Source: an uncultured cyanobacterium
GTDB taxonomy: Bacteria > Cyanobacteriota > Cyanobacteriia > Cyanobacteriales > CAWUOF01
DNA: 64,000 bases
Assembly: GCA_963744145.1 (NCBI GenBank)
Contig: CAVUSO010000001.1
Location: 2,112,001 to 2,176,000 of the forward strand
Reading direction: 5' to 3'
The number at the start of each line of letters is the position of its first letter. The first letter of the stretch is position 1. The position numbers and the translations under genes are program-made. The notes under the pieces are model-generated. The model was not told the origin of the DNA. It did no database searches and saw nothing but the letters and a program-made list of their open reading frames with translations. Of the stretch, positions 8,361-19,439 are shown piece by piece.

Positions 8361-10196
8361 CTAATTTTTTGGTTCGTGAGTACCAATTAAATAACCATCC
8401 GGAGCATAAGTTTCTAGAGGTAACTGAGCATTATCGCTAATGGTTTCAAGCGCATCTTCTAAAGAACGCAAATGTTCGATGATGCCAGCACGAGTTTTGA
8501 TATCATCAGTTGCACCTAAAGTAGAAATCGTTTCCTTATAATCAGAAGTAATCCGCACTTTGATTTTATCTCGACTGGCAATAAAAGAACAAATCGTGGG
8601 CGAACCAGAACAAATTTGGCTTAAATCATGATTGGTTTGCTGTAAAATATTCGCCCATTTCAAACTATTTTCAGCTTGCTTTAACGCATCTGTATAGGAA
8701 ACTATTAACTGTTGAGCTTGATGATAATAAAAAGTTTCAGAAGGAATTTGCTGGGCATAAATTAAAGCTCGGTTCCAATTCGCGATCGCTTTATTCCATT
8801 GATTATCTTGTTCCCAATTTTTGGCAAGGAAAGCAAAGTTGACTGATTGAGTATAATTAGTGATCGCTAATTTTTCTTGATTATGGCGATCGCGAGCTTT
8901 AATTAATTTAGCTTGGTAAGGGGTTAATAATTCTTGCGCTTCAGTAAACCCCATCGTTCCCGGAGGGATGGCTTTAAGTAAATCTACAGCTTTTTGCCAG
9001 GTTGATTCGACCGATTGCCAATTTTCTCTCGATACGGCAATTCCTTGAGCTGCTTCGGCACCATGAGCGGTTGATTGAGCTAGACTTAGTTGTTTTTGTG
9101 ATTGTTCTTCTGCTCGTAAACGTGAATTGACCGTCTTGAGATTAATGCGATACTCCTGTAATTTTTGTTGAGCGAGTGGATATAAATTATTACTAGAGGG
9201 AATTTTTTCGAGTTTATCGATCGCTTCTTGCCATAATATTTGCAAATCTGACCACATCTGCAAGGAATGGGGTACATTTTCACCTGCTTGAACTGCGGCT
9301 CCAACCAAGCGTCCGGCAGTGACTAATTGTTCCAGAGTAGTCAGTTGGGTTTGATCGGTAGCTAATAATTTTTGGGCAGAGGAATAGTAACTAGACCAGA
9401 AGGGGATCGGTCTTAACATCGCTGTTGCGACTGCTAATTGCTGTGTAGCTTTGACTAACCCTTCCTGGGATTTATCTAACTCAATCGTTTTCGCTGACTC
9501 CTGACTTAAGACTTGCGCTGTATCGATCGCATTACACTTACCCACCACACAGGGACGATTGAATAGGTAAATTAGTCCTAGGGTAATTAAGAAACCAAGA
9601 CTAGCTCCAGCTAACACAGCAATTGCGGGTGTAACTACAAAAGAATCCTGGCTAATTTCTGCGGGATCTTCTTCAGTAATTACGGTTTCGCTACTAGCAT
9701 CTGGTAAAGTAACTATCTCTGGGTTAACTTCTGAGATGGGCTGTTGGGGTTCTAGCAGCGTTGCTGGTTCCCTTGGTTCTGGTTCTTGATCGTCAGTTGC
9801 TAATTGAGCCAATTCCGTGATGCTGTTCAAACTTGCTGGACTCTGAGCAATCGAGTCCAACCTCACATTAGACTCAGTTGGTGGAGACCAAGGTTGAGGT
9901 TTAAAAGTAAAAGTATGAAAAGAATAAGGTTGTTTTTGTCCCGTAACTCGCAAATAGAGTCGGACTTGCTGGGTCAATTCGATCGCTTGAGTTAAGATTG
10001 CTTGTTGCAAAGTAGCAAAGGTTTGTTGTTGATCGGGTGCTACTTCTGCTGGATGTTGAGCAAGAACCATCAAAGTTCCTTTCTTCAGGACACACTGAAT
10101 CTGAATTGGAACATAATGAGATAATTCTGCGAGTAAACGCTCTTGTAAAAATTGCCCTAAAGCTTGTAGCTCATTTTGCTTTACTGCTGTTTTCAT
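8361..10196 (-). CDS. Cyanobacterial hypothetical single-pass membrane protein with helical repeats
   Basis: 611 aa, one TM near residue 200, repeated W..AI..L..IP....Y..AQ..L..Y units. Confidence 0.75.
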   Translation of the reverse strand: MKTAVKQNELQALGQFLQERLLAELSHYVPIQIQCVLKKGTLMVLAQHPAEVAPDQQQTFATLQQAILTQAIELTQQVRLYLRVTGQKQPYSFHTFTFKPQPWSPPTESNVRLDSIAQSPASLNSITELAQLATDDQEPEPREPATLLEPQQPISEVNPEIVTLPDASSETVITEEDPAEISQDSFVVTPAIAVLAGASLGFLITLGLIYLFNRPCVVGKCNAIDTAQVLSQESAKTIELDKSQEGLVKATQQLAVATAMLRPIPFWSSYYSSAQKLLATDQTQLTTLEQLVTAGRLVGAAVQAGENVPHSLQMWSDLQILWQEAIDKLEKIPSSNNLYPLAQQKLQEYRINLKTVNSRLRAEEQSQKQLSLAQSTAHGAEAAQGIAVSRENWQSVESTWQKAVDLLKAIPPGTMGFTEAQELLTPYQAKLIKARDRHNQEKLAITNYTQSVNFAFLAKNWEQDNQWNKAIANWNRALIYAQQIPSETFYYHQAQQLIVSYTDALKQAENSLKWANILQQTNHDLSQICSGSPTICSFIASRDKIKVRITSDYKETISTLGATDDIKTRAGIIEHLRSLEDALETISDNAQLPLETYAPDGYLIGTHEPKN

Positions 10197-10421
10197 GGGA
10201 CTATACTAATTAATGAATTTTTGCTGATCGTGAATCAGGTTTTAGACCATCATGTCAGTGTTGAGATTTTTCTGAATGATATGGCTAAAGTAAAGTAAGT
10301 ACAAGTCTTGATTAGTTGATTTATTGATAATTTTGGCCAAGTTGATGTTTTCATCAATGAGGCGAGGCGACCAGTAAGTGGGCCAATACCAAATTAAGCA
10401 TGAAAAATTACAGGGAAAAAA

Positions 10422-11690
10422 ATGGATTTATTAGAATATCAAGCCAAAGAATTATTTCAGGAAAAGGGGATTCCCATCCTACCATCTCAAAGGATTGACC
10501 ATCCAAGAGACTTAAAAAACTTAAAAATTCCCTATCCGGTGGTACTGAAGTCTCAAGTCCACGCGGGTGGACGTGGGAGAGCTGGAGGAATTAAGTTTGT
10601 CCAAAATACCATCGATGCGATCGCAGCTGCCCAAAAAATTTTTAGTTTGTCCATTATGGATGAATATCCCCAAGTTCTGTTAGCAGAAGCTAAGTATAAT
10701 ACTGACCAAGAATTTTATCTAGCTGTGGTTCTTAATGCTAGCGCCAAAAGACCTGTACTTTTAGGTTCCCAACAGGGTGGAATGGAAACCGAAGCATTGA
10801 ACAATCCTGCTCAAATGGTAGTGGTAGATCAAGAATTTACTCCTTTTTATGCGCGACGTTTGGCCCTAAAGATGGGCTTAAAAGGGGCATTAATTCAGTC
10901 GGTGAGTGGAATTGTTGAGAAAATGTATCAACTATTTATTGAACAAGATTTGGATCTAGTAGAAATTAATCCCCTAGGAATTAGTCCAACGGGTGAAGTA
11001 ATGGCTTTAGATGGTAAAGTAACAGCTAATGATTATGCCCTAGGACGTTACCCAAATTTAGCAGCACTAAGGACTAAAAATGGACTTAAGATTTCGGAAA
11101 AACATGGGGAGATCAAAATAGAAAAATATTTCAGAAATGCTAATTTTGGCGAATTAGAAGGTAATATTGGGATAATTTGTAATGGTACAGGATTAGTAAT
11201 GGCTACGTTAGATTTAGTTTATCAAGCTGGAGGTAAACCAGCCAGTTTTGTGAATATAGGTGGTCATCCTGATTATCAGACCTGGACTCCGGACTTGACA
11301 GAATCCATTGAACAAGGCTTGGAGCTAATTACTCAAAATAAAAATGTTAAAGTTGTGCTAGTAAATCTTATAGGTAGTGCTACTACTAGTGACGAAATTG
11401 CGGAAACTATTGTTGCCTATGTACAACGTAAAAATCGTCCAAATAGTAATTCTCCCCTGCGCGATCCTTTGCTCCGTAATAATCCCAATGATTTAGCAAA
11501 TATTGATATCAATTTAGGTTCATCTGTACCGTTAAGTTATCGTAAAAATCGTTTTCCTAGTTTGATTGTACGTTTGATTGGTAAAAATATCGAGAAAGCT
11601 CAAGAGCAGTTAAGTTACCTGCAAATTCCCATGCTAGAAAATTTAGAAGATGCAGTTGCTCAAGCAGTTGCTGTAGGAGCAAAAAATTGA
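10422..11690 (+). CDS. sucC: Succinate--CoA ligase beta subunit
   Basis: MDLLEYQAKELF, VVLKSQVHAGGRGRAGG, VEINPL, GNIGIICNGTGLVMATLD. Confidence 0.95.
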   Translation: MDLLEYQAKELFQEKGIPILPSQRIDHPRDLKNLKIPYPVVLKSQVHAGGRGRAGGIKFVQNTIDAIAAAQKIFSLSIMDEYPQVLLAEAKYNTDQEFYLAVVLNASAKRPVLLGSQQGGMETEALNNPAQMVVVDQEFTPFYARRLALKMGLKGALIQSVSGIVEKMYQLFIEQDLDLVEINPLGISPTGEVMALDGKVTANDYALGRYPNLAALRTKNGLKISEKHGEIKIEKYFRNANFGELEGNIGIICNGTGLVMATLDLVYQAGGKPASFVNIGGHPDYQTWTPDLTESIEQGLELITQNKNVKVVLVNLIGSATTSDEIAETIVAYVQRKNRPNSNSPLRDPLLRNNPNDLANIDINLGSSVPLSYRKNRFPSLIVRLIGKNIEKAQEQLSYLQIPMLENLEDAVAQAVAVGAKN

Positions 11691-11798
11691 TTCTTCAAGG
11701 GTTAAATCAGGTAATTTTTCCCGAATAATTATGGTATAAAAAATTTTGTACTAATAGTTAAAGCTAACATTTATCAGGGTTGTGAGGAGGATTTTGAG

Positions 11799-12701
11799 AT
11801 GAAATTAACGCCAGAAAGTCCAGTTCTGGTACAGGGAATTACCGAAATCCAAGCTGCTAAACAGGTGGAGTTAATGACAGCTTATGGGACTAAAATAGTT
11901 GCCGGAATTAGTCCGGGGGAAGGGGGTCAAGAATTACAAGGAATTCAGATTTTTGATATGGTAGAACAGGCACTACCTGTAGTCGGTGCTGTTGATACTA
12001 CGATTATCTTTGTTCCACCTTATTTAGCTTTAGATGCAGCTTTAGAAGCGATTGCCGCAGGAATTCGCCAAATTGTGCTAATTAGTGAAGGGATACCTCC
12101 CTTAGATATGGTTCACTTAATTAGAAAAGCAGAAGCAACAGAAACCATGTTGGTTGGTCCTAATTCTCCGGGCATAATCATTCCGGAAAAATTACTACTA
12201 GGGACTCATCCCACGGAAATATATACTCCGGGAAAGGTAGGAATTATTAGTCGTTGTAGCACCCTCACCTATGAAGTTGCTTTACAGTTAACTCAAGCAG
12301 GTTTAGGACAATCCATTAGTATTGGAATTGGTGGAGATGCCATAGTTGGTTCTTCTTTTGCTCAATGGTTAGAAATTTTAGATGAAGATGACAATACAGA
12401 AGTGATTGTTTTAGTTGGAGATAATAGCGGTAATAGTGAAGAAATAGCTACTCGCTACATTACCGAAGCGATCGATAAACCAGTAATTGCTTATATTGCT
12501 GGTCGTCATGCTCCTCCGGAAAAAATTCTTGGTCATGCTAATACAATTATTGCTTCCTTTAATGCAGAATTAAGCACGGAAGTAGGTCGAGTTGAAAGCA
12601 AACTTGCAGCTTTTGCCAAAGCTAAAATTCCTGTAGCCGAACGTCCGTCAGAAATTCCAGCTTTGGTGAAAAAGGCACTGAAAAAGAAAAGGCATAAATA
12701 G
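11799..12701 (+). CDS. sucD: Succinate--CoA ligase alpha subunit
   Basis: VLVQGIT, LVGPNSPG, TLTYEVA, GIGGD, active-site GHA. Confidence 0.95.
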   Translation: MKLTPESPVLVQGITEIQAAKQVELMTAYGTKIVAGISPGEGGQELQGIQIFDMVEQALPVVGAVDTTIIFVPPYLALDAALEAIAAGIRQIVLISEGIPPLDMVHLIRKAEATETMLVGPNSPGIIIPEKLLLGTHPTEIYTPGKVGIISRCSTLTYEVALQLTQAGLGQSISIGIGGDAIVGSSFAQWLEILDEDDNTEVIVLVGDNSGNSEEIATRYITEAIDKPVIAYIAGRHAPPEKILGHANTIIASFNAELSTEVGRVESKLAAFAKAKIPVAERPSEIPALVKKALKKKRHK

Positions 12702-12712
12702 TTAGTAAATTC

Positions 12713-14394
12713 TTATTTATTGCCTGTTAATAAAGCTTGGGATGCTGATTCACCCGCAATCCGAATTTTTTGGGTTAATTTAATGCTAAATAAACTCAAA
12801 ATTGGCAAAAACATAAAAACATGATGACCATGAGGGTAGCTGTTGTCCATAATACTTGATTTTTTGTTTTCATCAATAGCATTATTTGAGCAATTACAGC
12901 GTAGATCAAAATTGCTATCCCTAAGGAACCCATACAAATTATGGCTTGAGTTTTATCCTGACTTTCGGTGCCAATTAAAATGTAGAATAAGGTGGGGATA
13001 ATCGCGATGATCAAATTAATTGCGATCGCTAAAATTGCCGGACTTTTTTCACCCCACAACAAATCTGAGACGATCGACTGTTTCCACCACTTTTGACCAA
13101 TTGATTTTTGCTGATACCTAGCCCAATCCTGTAAGCTTTGACGCTGAGGTGAGAGCATCATAATTAGCCCCAAAAACATCAGCAGATTTACAACTAAGAA
13201 AGGTAAATCGCTTAAGTGACTTCTTCCGAGGTAGAAAAATCCGAGGATGATTATTTCAAAACAAGCGACAAACAAATAACTTTGTCTTTTATTAAAAATA
13301 GTCGCTTCTGAATTGCGAAAGCAACGTAATAATCCCAGCCAAATCCACCCAGTCCAACAAATATAATTACCTAGGATTAGACTAGCTAAAATGACAATAT
13401 TCTGACCAATCGGTAAGTCAAACCATTGCCATTCTAATAAACTTTTATAGGAAAAATATAATTCTCCTATAGAGGAAAAATGTCCTTTATCTATTTCTAC
13501 TACATATTGTGAGTGAAACGCCATATATGGAATATATACCGTAGGATAAAATAAATTAAACCAGTCGGTTACCTGATGATTAATTGGCTGATTAGAGCTA
13601 GACAATGTTTGGGATGTAAATCCCAACAAAGTTAAAACTAAACCACTTCCTAACCAGGATTGAAATCCATTTAACCCAGAACTAACTAGCCCAAATAACA
13701 TGGCAGCACTATAGAAAAAGAGGCAACTAGCAGCTAAAATCCCATAGAAACTGAAAATTATCCAGACTGGAATTTGGGCTGATAAACCAGCACATAGATG
13801 TAAGGGGATCGTGAGAATAATTCCCCAATAAAGTAAACTCGGAACTCCTAGTAATTTTCCCACAAAAATTTTATAGGTTGACTGGGGACTGAGTCTAATA
13901 AAATTCAGAGTTCCTCGACGTTCTTCTTGAGTAATATCGTTGATTAGTAGATAAATACCGATCGTTAATAAAGCAAACACACTAATAAAGCTCAACCACA
14001 GAAAGATATCGAACCACCAGTGAGACCACTCAATAGTGGGATGTCCATTTGTCAGTAAACATTCCCGACTGATATTAGATCCTGTTGGTGGTGGTGGTGG
14101 TGGTGGTAAATGCCGTAAATATTCCCGACTGATACTGGGTGGTGGTGCAGGCAAATTCCGAACCCTGGAAACACTGTGTGATACATAATGGAAACTTAAG
14201 TAATTATCAGGATTGCAATCATTTCCTATCAAATAGCCATATAATTTAGTCCAAAAAGATAAAATGGTGTAGATTTGACTAAATAAGGATATCCCCGTGG
14301 CGATCGCGACGGAATTCCGATTCAACCGACCTTTAATTTCTCGGTATAACTGAGGGTTCCAGTTAGCAATTTTTTCGAGCCACAGTAGATTCAT
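12713..14394 (-). pseudogene. Permease paralogue P6 (loop class B), C-terminally frameshifted
   Basis: ORF 12796-14394 plus C-terminal piece to 12713. Versus P4 it has a 135-bp deletion and an 8-bp duplication (AAAAACAT x2) near 12807-12822. Confidence 0.8.
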
Positions 14395-14403
14395 GTTATT
14401 TAC

Positions 14404-15849
14404 CTATTTTTCCATTAACAGATTTTTAGAACCTGATTCACCTAAAATCTGAATTTGTTGAGTTAACTTCACACTCAATAAACTCAAAACACTTAACTGA
14501 CCAAGCAAACATAGCAATATAGTCATTCCTCCCACCTTTGAGATTTCCACTAAAGGAAAAGCCGATAGCAACCAAACCGCAGGATATTCGTCTGGATTAA
14601 CAGATAATAATGAAAAGAGCATCAGTGGTAAAAACATAATTACCATCAAGGTGATGCTTGCCCAATTTTGCAAACTTTGGCACTGAGATTATAGAATTAT
14701 AATTACACCAAAAAACAGGCATAGATGGAAAATTACTAAAGGAACATAACGAAAATAATTATTAGAGAAAGAAAGATAACCATTATCCCCATAGTAAACT
14801 ATTCCCAAAGAGTAAAACACCATCACTATGATGCTAACATAAGCAACAAAAAAATAACTTTTTTGTTTATTCAATATCGTCGTGCCTAGATGACGAAAGC
14901 ACTTTACTAATCCTACCCAACTCCACCCAGTGCATAAAACATAATTGCCTAACATCAGACTAGCTAAAATGATACTGTTATGAATGAGTGGTAAATCAAA
15001 CGATTTAGGAATATGGGAGATATGAAAACGGATGAATCGTTCTATGTGATAAATAAAGACATTAGGAAAAAACAAATTAAACAAATTAAGATAGAACAAA
15101 TTTTCATCAGGCTCATAAGGAGCAGCGACCAAAGATCTAGTGTAAGTCGATGTGAGATACAATGAAAATAAAACTAAGCCACTTCCTAACCAAGGTTGAA
15201 ATCCATTTAACCAAGAACTAGCTAGCCCAAATAACATTGCTCCACTATAGAAACAGATACAACTAGTCGCCAAAATCCCATAGAAACAGAGAATTAAGCC
15301 CACTGGGATTTGAGCAGTTATCCCAGTCAATAGATGTAAAGGAATCGCGAGCATTACTCCTAAATAAAGTAAACTAGGAACCCCTAATAATTTGCCGATC
15401 AAAGTTGTTGGTGTTGATTGAGGACTAAGTTTAATAAAAGTGAGAGTTCCTCGACGTTCTTCCTGTACTAGATCATTAATTAATAAATAAGTGCCGATCG
15501 TTAATAAAGCAAACACCAGGATTAAGCTTAAGCAAGGAAAAAGAAGATCTAAGCACCAGTAAGACCAATCAATCGTGGGATAACCATCCTTCAACCAACA
15601 TTCAACGTTATAAAAATTTTCGGGATAACGAAAGCGTAAATATTGATATTGACTACAGTCATATTTCCCATTATCCAACGGTTTAATCTCACCAGGTAAT
15701 TTGCTCCAGGCAAATAAAACTACCAGAATTTGCACAAATATGGATATCCCGATGGCGATCGCGACGGAATTCCGATTCAACCGACCTTTAATTTCTCGGT
15801 ATAATTGGGGATTCCAGTTAGCGATTTTTTCGCTCCAGATTAGATTCAT
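14404..15849 (-). pseudogene. Permease paralogue P5 (class C): nonsense codon plus in-frame 270-bp deletion
   Basis: TAA at 14689-14691 where P3 has TCA. The two ORF pieces are in the same frame. The deletion joins the CTTGCCCA copies seen at 17945 and 18215 in P3. Confidence 0.85.
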
Positions 15850-15878
15850 GGTCTTTACCTCGATAGATTCAAAAAGAG

Positions 15879-15990
15879 TCTACAAAAATGGTGAAAACAG
15901 GAGGATTGCTGCAATTGTCGTCATGCTCCTCCGGAAAAAATTCTCGGTCATGGCACTGAAAAAGAAAAGGCATAAATAGTTAGTAAATTC
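15879..15990. other. Duplication-junction spacer: P0 permease fragment fused to sucD 3' fragments
   Basis: 15879-15916 matches 23511-23548 (34/38). 15917-15990 matches sucD 12502-12537 joined to 12675-12712. Confidence 0.85.
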
Positions 15991-18900
15991 TTATTTATTA
16001 CCTGTTAACAAAGCTTGGGATGCTGATTCACCCGCAATCCGAATTTTTTGGGTTAATTTAATGCTAAATAAACTCAAAATAGCTAATTGACCGATCAACG
16101 CAAGTAAGATACTGATTCCTGTTGCAGATGAGATTCCTGCTAATGGAAAAGCTGAGAGTAACCAAATATCAGGATATTTTGCTGGAGTCAGAGATAGGAT
16201 GGTTAAAGCCACAGGTGGCAAAAACACGATCACCATAAGGGTGGCTGTTGTCCATAAGACTTGATTTTTTCTTTTCATCAATAGCATGATTTGAGCAATT
16301 ACAGCACAGCTCAAAATCGTAATCCCTAATAAAGCCATGCAAATTATAGTTTGAGTTTTATCCTTACTTTCACCACTAAATAAAATCAAGAATAGGGTCG
16401 GAATAATCGCGATGATAAAATTAATCGCGATCGCCAAAATTGCCGGACTTTTTTCACCCCACAACAAATCTGAGATGAGCGACTGTTTCCACCACTTTTG
16501 ACCAATTGATTTTTGCTGATACCTTGCCCAATCTTGTAAATTTTGGCGCTGAGGTGAGAGCATCATAATTAGACCCAAAAACATCAGCAGATTTAAAATT
16601 AAGAAATTTAAGAAAGATAAATAGTTAGAGGAACTTTTTTCGAGGAATAAAAAACCGAGGATGATTACTTCAAAACAAGCGACAAACAAATAACTTTGTC
16701 GTTTCTTAAATATAGCTTCTGGATTGCGAAAGTAACGTAATAATCCCAGCCAAATCCACCCAGTCCAACAAATATAATTACCTAGGATCAGACTAGCTAA
16801 AATGACAATACTCTGACCGATCGGTAAGTTATACCATTCCCATCCTAATAAATTTTCATAGGAAAAATGTCCTTTTGCTATTTCTACTACAGATGGTGAG
16901 TGAAACACCATATATGGAATATATACCATAGGAGAAAATAAATTAAACCAGTCGGTTACCTGAATATTAATCAGATAATTAGGTCTATACAACATTTGGG
17001 ATGTAAATCCCAACAAAGTTAAAACTAAACCACTTCCTAACCAGGATTGAAATCCATTTAACCCAGAACTAACTAGCCCAAATAACATGGCAGCACTATA
17101 GAAAAACAGGCAACTAGCAGCTACAATGCCATAGAAACTGAAAATTATCCAGACTGGAATTTGGGCTGATAAACCAGCGCATAGATGTAAAGGAATCGCG
17201 AGAATAGTTCCCCAATAAAGTAAACTCGGAACTCCTAGTAATTTTCCCACAAAAATTTTATAGGTTGACTGGGGACTGAGTCTAATAAAATTCAGAGTCC
17301 CCCGACGTTCTTCTTGAGTAAGATCGTTGATTAGTAGATAAATACCGATCGTTAATAAAGCAAACACACTAATAAAGCTCAACCACAAAAATATATCTAA
17401 CCACCAGTAAGACCAATCAATGGTTGGATGTCCATTTGTCAGTATACATTCGGTTTCATATATTTTATGTGGCAAATGATAGAAACGTAAGTAATTATAC
17501 ACATTGCAATCATATTTGCCATTAAAAGGTTCAATCTTACTGGGTAATTTAGTCCAAAAAGATAAAATGACCAGGATTTGACTAAATAAGGATATCCCCG
17601 TGGCGATCGCGACGGAATTCCGATTCAACCGACCTTTAATTTCTCGGTATAGCTGAGGGTTCCAGTTAGCAATTTTTTCGAGCCACAGTAGATTCATGTT
17701 ATTTACCTGTTTTTCCATTAACAGATTTTTAGAACCTGATTCACCTAAAATCTGAATTTGTTGAGTTAACTTCACACTCAATAAACTCAAAACACTGACC
17801 TGAACAAGCAAACATAGAAATATAGTCATTCCTCCCACTTTTGAAATTTCCACTAAAGGAAAAGCCGATAGCAACAAAAGCGCAGGATATGTGTGTGGAT
17901 CAACAAGCATCAGTGACAAAAACATAATTACCATCAAGGTGATGCTTGCCCATACTACTTGGTTTTTTCTTTTGAGCAATAGCACTAACTGAGCAATCAT
18001 AGCATAGATGAGAATGGAAATTCCTAATATACCCATGACAATTAGGTTTTGAGTTTTATTGGGAAAAATTAAAATCCAACTCAGGATCGGCAAAACCGCA
18101 GCAATGATAAAATTAATCGCGATCGCAACAATTGCGGGACTATTTTCACCCCAAATTAAATCTAAGATTAAAGACTTTTTCCACCATGTTTGATCAATTG
18201 ATTTTTGCTGATACCTTGCCCAATTTTGCAAACTTTGGCGCTGAGGTGATAGAATTATAATTAGACCAACAAACAGGAACAGATGGAAAACTAAAACAAT
18301 AAAATTAGATTCACCTCTTCCCAGAACGGAAAAAACCATCATTATCATGCTAAAACAAGCAACAAAAAAATAACTTTGTTTTTTGTTCAATATCGTCGTA
18401 CCTGGATGACGAAAGCACCTTACTAATCCTACCCAAATCCACCTAGTCCATAAAACATAATTGCCTAACATCAGACTAGTTAAAATGATACTGCTATGAC
18501 TGAGTGGGAAATCATGCCATTCCCAAGGAGCGAAGTTGTTATTCTTGTGAAAACGTTGGAATGGGCTTAGTTCAGAGTCTAAAAAAACATCCACAATCAA
18601 GAATCTAGGAGAAAACAAATTAAACAAACCTGTTTCATTATGATCAAAAAACAAATTAAAAAAATCTGTTTTATCATAATAAGTGATCACAGCGACACCA
18701 CTATACGAGTTTGTGACACACAATAAAAGTAAAACTAAGCCACTTCCTAACCAAGGTTGAAATCCATTTAACCAAAAACTAACTAGCCCAAATAACATTG
18801 CTCCACTATAGAAACAGATACAACTAGCAGCTAAAATGCCATAGAAACTGAGAATTATACCTAGCGGGATTTGAGCAGTTATCCCAGTCAATAGATGTAA

Positions 18901-19410
18901 AGGAATCGCGACCATTACTCCTAAATAAAGTAAACTAGGAACCCCTAATAATTTGCCGATCAAAGTTGTTGGTATTGATTGAGGACTAAGTCTAATAAAA
19001 TTGAGAGTTCCTCGATGTTCTTCCTGTGCTAGATCATTAATTAATAAATAAGTGCCGATCGTTAATAAAGCAAACACCAGGATTAAGCTTAAGTAAGGAA
19101 AAAGAAGATCTAAGCACCAGTAAGACCAATCAATCGTGGGATAACCATCCTTCAACCAACATTCATGGCTATAAAAATTTTCGGGATAACGAAAGCGTAA
19201 ATATTGATTTTGAAAACAGTCATATTTCCCATTATCCAAAGGTTTAAGCTCACCAGGTAATTTGCTCCAGGCAAATAAAACTACCAGAATTTGCACAAAT
19301 ATGGATATCCCGATGGCGATCGCCATCGGGAGACGATGAAAACGACCTTTAATTTCTCGGTATAATTGGGGATTCCAGTTAGCGATTTTTTCGCTCCAGA
19401 TTAGATTCAT
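15991..19410 (-). CDS. Fused double permease P3 (class C) + P4 (class A), 1139 aa
   Basis: Two WNPQLYREIKGR starts and two EE.RGTLNFIRLSPQS motifs. CAG at 17707-17709 replaces the TAG seen at 14404-14406. Second ATG at 17697. Confidence 0.85.
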   Translation of the reverse strand: MNLIWSEKIANWNPQLYREIKGRFHRLPMAIAIGISIFVQILVVLFAWSKLPGELKPLDNGKYDCFQNQYLRFRYPENFYSHECWLKDGYPTIDWSYWCLDLLFPYLSLILVFALLTIGTYLLINDLAQEEHRGTLNFIRLSPQSIPTTLIGKLLGVPSLLYLGVMVAIPLHLLTGITAQIPLGIILSFYGILAASCICFYSGAMLFGLVSFWLNGFQPWLGSGLVLLLLCVTNSYSGVAVITYYDKTDFFNLFFDHNETGLFNLFSPRFLIVDVFLDSELSPFQRFHKNNNFAPWEWHDFPLSHSSIILTSLMLGNYVLWTRWIWVGLVRCFRHPGTTILNKKQSYFFVACFSMIMMVFSVLGRGESNFIVLVFHLFLFVGLIIILSPQRQSLQNWARYQQKSIDQTWWKKSLILDLIWGENSPAIVAIAINFIIAAVLPILSWILIFPNKTQNLIVMGILGISILIYAMIAQLVLLLKRKNQVVWASITLMVIMFLSLMLVDPHTYPALLLLSAFPLVEISKVGGMTIFLCLLVQVSVLSLLSVKLTQQIQILGESGSKNLLMEKQVNNMNLLWLEKIANWNPQLYREIKGRLNRNSVAIATGISLFSQILVILSFWTKLPSKIEPFNGKYDCNVYNYLRFYHLPHKIYETECILTNGHPTIDWSYWWLDIFLWLSFISVFALLTIGIYLLINDLTQEERRGTLNFIRLSPQSTYKIFVGKLLGVPSLLYWGTILAIPLHLCAGLSAQIPVWIIFSFYGIVAASCLFFYSAAMLFGLVSSGLNGFQSWLGSGLVLTLLGFTSQMLYRPNYLINIQVTDWFNLFSPMVYIPYMVFHSPSVVEIAKGHFSYENLLGWEWYNLPIGQSIVILASLILGNYICWTGWIWLGLLRYFRNPEAIFKKRQSYLFVACFEVIILGFLFLEKSSSNYLSFLNFLILNLLMFLGLIMMLSPQRQNLQDWARYQQKSIGQKWWKQSLISDLLWGEKSPAILAIAINFIIAIIPTLFLILFSGESKDKTQTIICMALLGITILSCAVIAQIMLLMKRKNQVLWTTATLMVIVFLPPVALTILSLTPAKYPDIWLLSAFPLAGISSATGISILLALIGQLAILSLFSIKLTQKIRIAGESASQALLTGNK

Positions 19411-19439
19411 GGTCTTTACCTCGATAGATTCAAAAAGAG

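Noticed and set aside
15701..15979. 92-aa plus-strand ORF ending ALKKKRHK as a sucD paralogue
   Set aside because: Mostly antisense to P5; only its tail is the duplicated sucD scar
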